Positions 57,870 through 64,000 of a stretch of DNA of 64,000 nt are shown in pieces (position 1 is the first letter of the stretch; every line of letters starts with the position of its first letter). The notes beneath the pieces are model-generated. The model saw only the letters and a list, made by a program, of their open reading frames with translations. It searched no databases and was not told where the DNA came from. The position numbers were made by a program, and so were the translations under genes. Source of the stretch: Candidatus Atabeyarchaeum deiterrae (GTDB taxonomy: Archaea > Asgardarchaeota > Atabeyarchaeia > Atabeyarchaeales > Atabeyarchaeaceae); contig CP147780.1 in assembly GCA_037310415.1 (NCBI GenBank), positions 1,856,001-1,920,000 of the forward strand, written 5' to 3'.

Positions 57870-58256
57870 AGAGTATCTTGAAAGATACGTTGACACTCAA
57901 ATGACTTCGAGCTCGCGGTCGACCGAAATTCTCCCTTTCTTCAATTCGCCTCCTCTCCTTTTTCATTGACAGGCTTAGAAACAAGGGGTAATTGGCAACG
58001 ATTCTCCTATCTATCGATGCCAACCCTGTAACTGATATAGCATCAATGAGTTAGGTGTAGATTCTGAACACTGCCATGACTGCTCCTGCGAGTGGGTTTG
58101 GTGTTGACTTTCGTAGCACCGCTCTGTGTTCTATTGCGACCGCGCCCATTAATATTTAACTTTGTGTCTGATAATAGACATAGAGTTGAGGGCGATGGGC
58201 AACACACTTCAATGTCCCCTAATAGGACCCTAACCCATAATCAAACTCCAGAATAG

Positions 58257-59027
58257 GTGTCGGAAATGCCACGCACGAAGCCTACAATGCCGTTGACAGG
58301 TAAGATCCCAGAACACCTGCCCGCAAGCGACATAGTTGTTCTAGCACAAGTTGCCGCTGGAAAGGAGGGTATCTCTGGAAAAGACATTGACAAAGCTCTA
58401 GATTCTCGAGGCGCAAGAAACTGGGCAGACGTCGGTTCATCATCAGTATACAACTGCTTAAGCAGACTTGAGATGTACACGTATGTCAAAGGTGAGCAGA
58501 GCAAGAGAGAGGGTCACGAAGTCAAACTCTATTACATGACTCAGATGGGCGCGGAAGTCCTCAAGAAGGAGCTGATATATCGACTTAGTACCCCCAAGAT
58601 AATTCATGACGAGCTAGACATATCCATAGCGCATCTGCCTCTGCTGAAGAAACAAGATGTGCTGAATGCTTTGGAGTCTTACATGGAACTGGTAGACGAG
58701 GGATTGCAGTATGCGGAATCCTTCATTTCCCCTATGAAACAGTTTGGTCTCCTGCTGCAGAACAGTCCCAGTCAGCGAATCGCAGACAGGACGATTGCAG
58801 ACATCGATCCTCGGGACGTGGAGTTGATTCTCGCTCTCCTAGAGCGCCCTTACCGAGAGCTGCGATCTAAGAAGCAGTGGCTCAGGGAGTTCATCGAGAA
58901 GGTCAAAGATGGCTACGTGTGGTGCGCAGATCAACAGCCAAAGGTGCAGGCAATCGCTCAGGACAAGACGCAGCGAGATCTCGAGCAGAAGAGGAAGGAG
59001 AGGGGCAAGAAAGGTATCCTGATATAA
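58257..59027 (+). CDS. PadR-like winged-helix transcriptional regulator
   Basis: G.DI......R..R.WA.V..SSVY..L.RLE...V, Y..T..G...L. Confidence 0.75.
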   Translation: MSEMPRTKPTMPLTGKIPEHLPASDIVVLAQVAAGKEGISGKDIDKALDSRGARNWADVGSSSVYNCLSRLEMYTYVKGEQSKREGHEVKLYYMTQMGAEVLKKELIYRLSTPKIIHDELDISIAHLPLLKKQDVLNALESYMELVDEGLQYAESFISPMKQFGLLLQNSPSQRIADRTIADIDPRDVELILALLERPYRELRSKKQWLREFIEKVKDGYVWCADQQPKVQAIAQDKTQRDLEQKRKERGKKGILI

Positions 59028-59043
59028 AGGAGACGGAGACCAA

Positions 59044-60312
59044 ATGTCGACCTCGAAATCGGATAAGAGAACTATCCAGAGCGAGAGAAAAGAGAAAGGC
59101 AAACTCCCAGAGGCTGATTACGGCAATATAGGAGTCACCGGTGAAGTATTCAGGTTAGAGAACTTCAAACACATTGCAGGGCACAACTGTCAGTTCTCCA
59201 GTCTACGGAAAACCTTTGCTTACCTCGGCTGGGATTATTCTGAGGATATGTTGTTGGGCTTGGCGTCGGCGCTGGGGATGCTTTACTGGGAAATGAAACT
59301 GATGCCAGTACCATTCATAGGCGCACTAAACGCAAAGGAACTGGAGATATTTGAGCGGACCGTCACACGACTAGGCGGAAAGGTGATACCTCACATAACC
59401 AGCTCACCGTTGAAAGCCCATCAAGAACTCAAAGACATGCTGAGGAGAGGAATGCCTGCTATCACGTTTGTTGATATGGCATTCTTGCCATATTTCTTCA
59501 GAGATGACGCGAAAATCCCATTTGAAGAAGCTCATTTTGGCGGCCATACTGTCGTCGTGTATGGAATAGATGAAAAAGGAGGAACTGTGTGTATTTCGGA
59601 CCGTCTCGCACACCCAGTCCAGGTGCCTCTGACGTATTTCCAGATGGCACGTGCAAGTGGATACCAGCCCTTCCCACCAAAGCACAAGCTTGTAGAGCTG
59701 AGACTTCCAGAAAAACCAAGATCACTCGAAGAGGTGCTTCCGGGAGCCATAAAAGCAAACCTCGAATGGATGACAAACCCACCGATATCCAACTTTGGTC
59801 TCAAAGGCTTACTGAGATTCAAGGAAGCATTTCCCAAATGGCATAAGACGTATGACGCTGACAAGCTGCTGCTGGCACTGTCAAGCACGTTTATCTACAT
59901 GGAAACTGGAGGCAGCGGAGGAGCATGGTGCAGAGTGATGTACTCACGATTCTTGAAGGAAGCTTCCGAAGCGCTACACCAGCCTAAGCTCGCCGAAGTA
60001 GCCAGAATTTTCGAAGATGAGGTTCAGGCAATCAGAGAACTAGAGTCAACAATCCTCCCAGACGAATTAGCGAACATGGCTCGGATAAGAGAAATATTCA
60101 TTGAGAGCAACAGAATTCAAGAGCAAATGCCAAACGACTATAGGCACAGGCTCAGAGAACTCGACGACAAAATGAGAGCCGCAGTCAACGCAGCGAAAGA
60201 AGACGACTACCAAAAGTACGCGCCTCAAATTTCAAAAGTGCAAGCAGCAATTCAGAAAGTTCACGACCTAGAATCAAAGGCATGGAACGAAATGAAAGTC
60301 ATACCACTCTAA
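59044..60312 (+). CDS. BtrH-N / DUF4872-type papain-like peptidase
   Basis: H..G.NC, SE.ML.GL, VDM..LPY, HFGGH.VVV.G, ISD, GSGG...R..Y..FL.EA. Confidence 0.8.
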   Translation: MSTSKSDKRTIQSERKEKGKLPEADYGNIGVTGEVFRLENFKHIAGHNCQFSSLRKTFAYLGWDYSEDMLLGLASALGMLYWEMKLMPVPFIGALNAKELEIFERTVTRLGGKVIPHITSSPLKAHQELKDMLRRGMPAITFVDMAFLPYFFRDDAKIPFEEAHFGGHTVVVYGIDEKGGTVCISDRLAHPVQVPLTYFQMARASGYQPFPPKHKLVELRLPEKPRSLEEVLPGAIKANLEWMTNPPISNFGLKGLLRFKEAFPKWHKTYDADKLLLALSSTFIYMETGGSGGAWCRVMYSRFLKEASEALHQPKLAEVARIFEDEVQAIRELESTILPDELANMARIREIFIESNRIQEQMPNDYRHRLRELDDKMRAAVNAAKEDDYQKYAPQISKVQAAIQKVHDLESKAWNEMKVIPL

Positions 60313-60388
60313 GAGCTACTGCTGTGCTCTCTTGCTTCGGGATAAGCGAACTATTCAGTGGAGAATAAGAATGTAGCAGGGAATAGAA

Positions 60389-61096
60389 ATGGACCGTGAT
60401 CAGGTTCTAGAGAAGATAAAATCACTCGGCAATCCTGAAGCGGTAGCCGGTATGGCACGCTATGGAATCAATCCCAAAAACACTTACGGGGTCTCAATGC
60501 CAAACCTAAGGTCAATGGGAAAAGCAATAGGAACCAACCACAAGTTGGCGGAGGAACTCTGGTCATCAGGAATTCATGAGGCTCGAATTCTTGCGGGCAT
60601 TGTCGATGATCCGAAAGCCACCACGGAGGAACAGATGGAACGTTGGGCGAGAGACTTCGACTCTTGGGATGTCTGCGACCAATGCTGCAAGAACCTCTTT
60701 GCCAGAACCCGATTTGTCGAGAAGAAAGTGGAAGAGTGGACGCGAAGAACGGAGGAATTCGTTAAAAGAGCAGGGTTCGTTCTGATGGCTGAAATGGCGG
60801 TTCACCACAAGGATACACAGGATCCAGTGTTCATGAATTTCCTGCGTATCATACGACGTGAGGCAACCGATGAAAGAAACTACGTTAAGAAAGCCATCGA
60901 TTGGGCGCTAAGACAGATCGGCAAAAGAAACCTTCACTTGAATGAGAAGGCCATCATCATGGCCAGAACAATTGGGAAAATCGATTCGAAATCTGCTCGA
61001 TGGACGGCTTCAAACGCACTTAAAGAGTTACAAAGTGAGAAAATCATGAGGAAACTCCAACACAAGGTCAGCAACTATCATAAGCATAGTTGCTAG
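60389..61096 (+). CDS. DNA alkylation repair protein (AlkD-like)
   Basis: GV..P.LR, LW...HEAR, DSWD.CD, EFVKRAG, YVKKA.DWALR.IGK. Confidence 0.9.
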   Translation: MDRDQVLEKIKSLGNPEAVAGMARYGINPKNTYGVSMPNLRSMGKAIGTNHKLAEELWSSGIHEARILAGIVDDPKATTEEQMERWARDFDSWDVCDQCCKNLFARTRFVEKKVEEWTRRTEEFVKRAGFVLMAEMAVHHKDTQDPVFMNFLRIIRREATDERNYVKKAIDWALRQIGKRNLHLNEKAIIMARTIGKIDSKSARWTASNALKELQSEKIMRKLQHKVSNYHKHSC

Positions 61097-61105
61097 CCTC
61101 AATGC

Positions 61106-61870
61106 TTAGTGAACTTCAATTGGAAACGTCTTTCTGAAGACGTATATTGCCCAACCTAAGGTATCCCTCTCCCAGCGAAGGTATATCTCCTTTTCCCTCT
61201 CCATGCGTTCAAGTATCTCGGGAATATCGGGATCCTCAGGGTGAGCGAGCAGATAGTCATTGACAGACCACCACTTTAGGCTCTCATAATGATCCCAGTC
61301 ATCGTGGTCGCTTACAGCAGTGTATACACAATTGAGTCCTTCCTCTTCCCCCGCTGTGACATTCTCGTTGTGAGTCCCAAATTCATCTCTTTTTGTTTCG
61401 ACCATCTCCAAATACTCTGGATCGGGTTCTCTTTTCCAGAATGCCTCTCCTACAAGCACTAGCCCCCCTGGCTTTGTCATCTTCTTCAAAGTACGGGTGG
61501 TCTCACTGAAGGCGCCATACACGGAAGTAGCTCCAACACACATAGTAAGGTCGTAGCTCTCCAAGGATTCAGGTTCAAACTTCGCGGCGTCCATCTCAAG
61601 GAACTCGATTTTCGCTGTTGGCACTCGGGCGTAGTACCTTTCCCTGCAATCTTTGACACAGTAAGGCGACATGTCCACTCCAATTCCTTGAATCCTATAA
61701 AGTTCTGCCAAGCGAACAAGGAATTCGCCTTTGCCGCAAGCAATGTCGAGGGCGCGAGCTCCCTTTCTCAAGGAAAGTTGCTTGCACAATTCCTCAAACT
61801 TAACGTCGCCCACGGGATTGCAGAACCGGTGCCGCTTGTGCCGTATATCATGGTACTTCCATATATCCAA
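61106..61870 (-). CDS. class I SAM-dependent methyltransferase
   Basis: LDIACGKGE, GVD, C.GA, KPGG..LVGE..W, LGW. Confidence 0.9.
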   Translation of the reverse strand: MDIWKYHDIRHKRHRFCNPVGDVKFEELCKQLSLRKGARALDIACGKGEFLVRLAELYRIQGIGVDMSPYCVKDCRERYYARVPTAKIEFLEMDAAKFEPESLESYDLTMCVGATSVYGAFSETTRTLKKMTKPGGLVLVGEAFWKREPDPEYLEMVETKRDEFGTHNENVTAGEEEGLNCVYTAVSDHDDWDHYESLKWWSVNDYLLAHPEDPDIPEILERMEREKEIYLRWERDTLGWAIYVFRKTFPIEVH

Positions 61871-62136
61871 CCGAACGCCACCTTGTTAATGCATGTACTC
61901 TTCATAATATTTAACAACAATTGATCTCACCGATTGGAATCATCTGGTCTTCAGGATGACTCGGTCTCCATTGGTCCGCGATGGGCTGGCTCACTTTGCT
62001 GCTCGCAAAGCCAGAAAGCCGATCCCCCTTGAAATCTGGATATTAGAGAGATGCTGCAACCTATAAGAAAGCTACTGCCCTAAGATCCGATCAAGGAAGG
62101 AGCTACCTAACCGCCGAAGAAAAGGATAGTGTGGTG

Positions 62137-62304
62137 ATGTCTGTGAATAAGGTGTTTTGGATTTGGGCAATAGCTTATTTACCGCTTATGTTACTGATTG
62201 CGTATTTGTCGAGCCCATCTGGGACCGGTGGGCAACTCATCGCAGTTGTGGTAGCAGGGGTTTTTCTATGGCATCTTTGGGGATGTTTTGAATGGGTTGT
62301 TTGA
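62137..62304 (+). CDS. possible 55-aa 2-TM protein (below ORF-track cutoff)
   Basis: MSVNKVFWIWAIAYLPLMLLIAYL...LIAVVVAGVFLW; GTGGTG just upstream. Confidence 0.35.
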   Translation: MSVNKVFWIWAIAYLPLMLLIAYLSSPSGTGGQLIAVVVAGVFLWHLWGCFEWVV

Positions 62305-62554
62305 AGATAGAAAACAAGGTGCGCAAGCGTAAGAGACTTGCATATCACTTCTGAGTATTGTCCATACTGCGGGGCCAGGATGCAAAGACGGCATTGAGCT
62401 GGCGGCTTCGAGTTTCGCGATTCTTTCCCGCGGCAGTGACGTTAGAACCCAATTGACGTGAAGCCTTTCCTCCTTGAGCACTCTAATTACCTATGCCTCC
62501 CCGTCATTCTAAGAGGCTTAATCTACAACCACATCACCCCATTGGTTTCACCAG

Positions 62555-63298
62555 TTGCAAACGATAACCTTAAATAGAAGACCTACGGGATGTTTATTGT
62601 TCATAAAAGGGGGAACATCCAGGAAGTTGAGGAGCAAAGTAATCTGTGCTTCTTTGCTAGTCATGATAGCGATCATTCCAGCCATCACAATTTCCGCTTC
62701 GGCTACAACTACAATAGCCAATACGAGTGTTACACTTTCTCAAAGCGCCTACTATCCATGGTCTTATTATTGCTCAAGAAATGATATCATTAGGGTAAGC
62801 TTCGACGTGACGAGTGGTGGCTATACTACCTTCCTCATAATGAGTCAATACGACTACGTTCTATTTGTCAGCAGCGTTCCGACTTATGGCTATGAGGTGT
62901 TGTACAGATACTCGTATGGAGAAATCTTTGTCTGGGTAGCTCCCACGGCCGACACCTACTATTTTGTACTCTATAATTCGGATTCGAATACAACTAGCAC
63001 GATATCGATCACAATTACTGACGATCCAGGCTCAACCTCCCCCGGGAGTGACCAGGTCGTGCTTGCCGCTATCTGTGCTGTGATCGCCTTCACAGCCGTT
63101 GCAACGATCATCGGAGGGATCGTCAAGTTGGCCATCGGATCCAGACAGGTTTCTCGCAGGGTAGAGCCCTCTGCAATAGAGGAGCAAGCTGTGCCTGCGT
63201 CACCTGAAAGGAGAACTAGCATCTTCTGTTCCAACTGTGGAGCAGCAATACCTGCTGCGGCTCAATACTGCCCGTACTGTGGAAGCAGAACACGGTAA
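62555..63298 (+). CDS. single-pass membrane protein: signal peptide, extracellular beta-sandwich, TM, cytoplasmic zinc ribbon
   Basis: P...TYYFVL.N beta-sandwich pattern; FCSNCG..YCPYCG; true start probably TTG near 62627. Confidence 0.75.
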   Translation: MQTITLNRRPTGCLLFIKGGTSRKLRSKVICASLLVMIAIIPAITISASATTTIANTSVTLSQSAYYPWSYYCSRNDIIRVSFDVTSGGYTTFLIMSQYDYVLFVSSVPTYGYEVLYRYSYGEIFVWVAPTADTYYFVLYNSDSNTTSTISITITDDPGSTSPGSDQVVLAAICAVIAFTAVATIIGGIVKLAIGSRQVSRRVEPSAIEEQAVPASPERRTSIFCSNCGAAIPAAAQYCPYCGSRTR

Positions 63299-63418
63299 CC
63301 AGCAGACCCCAAATCCGCTTCCGCCTTTCGGGTTAGAGACGCCTCTAACTGCTCGATACTGTACATTTTGAGGGTTGAGGCTGACTGCTAGCCAAACAGC
63401 GGACTTAAACTAAGGGCT

Positions 63419-64000
63419 CTATTGGATCTTGAAGGACCTCATAGAAACCGAGCCATGCTGAAATCCATCGTGAGTGAATTCTACAGACTCGTTCCGTTCC
63501 TGTAGCCCGATGGTATATATCATCGGCAAGTAGTGGTCAAGTGTCGGTGCTGCCAACAATACATTCTTGCTTAGGAGCCGGTAATTGATCAGGTCCTCGT
63601 GATGTCGGCTCAGCAGACCTGACTTGATCTTTTCATCAAACTCGACGGCCCAGTCATATGGCTTAGCATTGATGTCGTCAAAGTCTATCACTTCCAAGTT
63701 GTGCACAATGTTGCCGCTACCAATGATCAATACTCCTTTTTCCCTCATCGGCTGAAGTTCTTTCGCCAGGTCATAATGGTACTGCACTGTCTTGCGATGC
63801 CACTCGCCGGGTGAATAGTCAAGGCTCATCTCAAATACTGGGATGTCTGCTTTTGGATACATATAGTGTAGAACAGACCAAGCTGCATGATCCAAACCCC
63901 ATCCGGGGTCGCAGGATACTTGGACTTTTCTAACCCATCTCTCAACCATTCTTGCATACTCAGGCGCACCAGGGCTGGGATACTTCATCTTGTAGAGCTC
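63419..64000 (-). CDS. extradiol dioxygenase, YgiD/DODA (LigB) family, N-terminus outside window
   Basis: WGLDH..WS.L...YP.ADIPV, GSGNIVHNL, WA.EFD, PT.DHYLP. Confidence 0.9.
   Translation of the reverse strand, partial: ELYKMKYPSPGAPEYARMVERWVRKVQVSCDPGWGLDHAAWSVLHYMYPKADIPVFEMSLDYSPGEWHRKTVQYHYDLAKELQPMREKGVLIIGSGNIVHNLEVIDFDDINAKPYDWAVEFDEKIKSGLLSRHHEDLINYRLLSKNVLLAAPTLDHYLPMIYTIGLQERNESVEFTHDGFQHGSVSMRSFKIQ

Noticed and set aside
63332-63349. GTTAGAG-acgc-CTCTAAC hairpin between convergent genes as a terminator
   Set aside because: No adjacent U-tract; a single short stem could be chance
1-64000. CRISPR array, rRNA or tRNA genes
   Set aside because: No regularly spaced repeat-spacer series or cloverleaf/rRNA signature found by eye; tRNAscan-SE or Infernal would be decisive

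Overview
Archaeal chromosomal window, most likely from an Asgard archaeon. This is an inference from two Rab-like small GTPases, a longin-like protein, many zinc-ribbon and membrane proteins, archaeal BRE/TATA promoters, deoxyhypusine synthase, a tungsten AOR and an MtrH-like protein. About 60 credible CDSs. Housekeeping and metabolic genes include metG, deoxyhypusine synthase, AOR, GH38 alpha-mannosidase, FixC/FixX-like proteins, MFS and ABC transporters, Tag and AlkD. There is one vapBC pair and several relics. No rRNA, tRNA or CRISPR array was recognised. The most interesting loci are: (1) 19.7-24.6 kb, a Zn-protein / longin / tandem 7TM+1+7TM membrane protein / Rab-like GTPase operon with a second Rab paralogue and a V4R-like gene nearby, a candidate receptor-coupled small-GTPase signalling module; (2) 29.8-35.4 kb, a stand-alone NurA-HerA pair with two unknown partner genes and no mre11/rad50 in the window; (3) 53.3-57.9 kb, a corrinoid methyltransferase cluster containing a GcvH protein, bracketed by a 71-bp duplicated promoter shared with an SCP2 gene; (4) a structured leader upstream of deoxyhypusine synthase; (5) a GcvH-DGC-DGC-OsmC cluster with a tandem palindromic operator. 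All family assignments come from motif recognition by eye, not from database searches. Start coordinates were adjusted from the ORF track where an SD or homology argument was visible.
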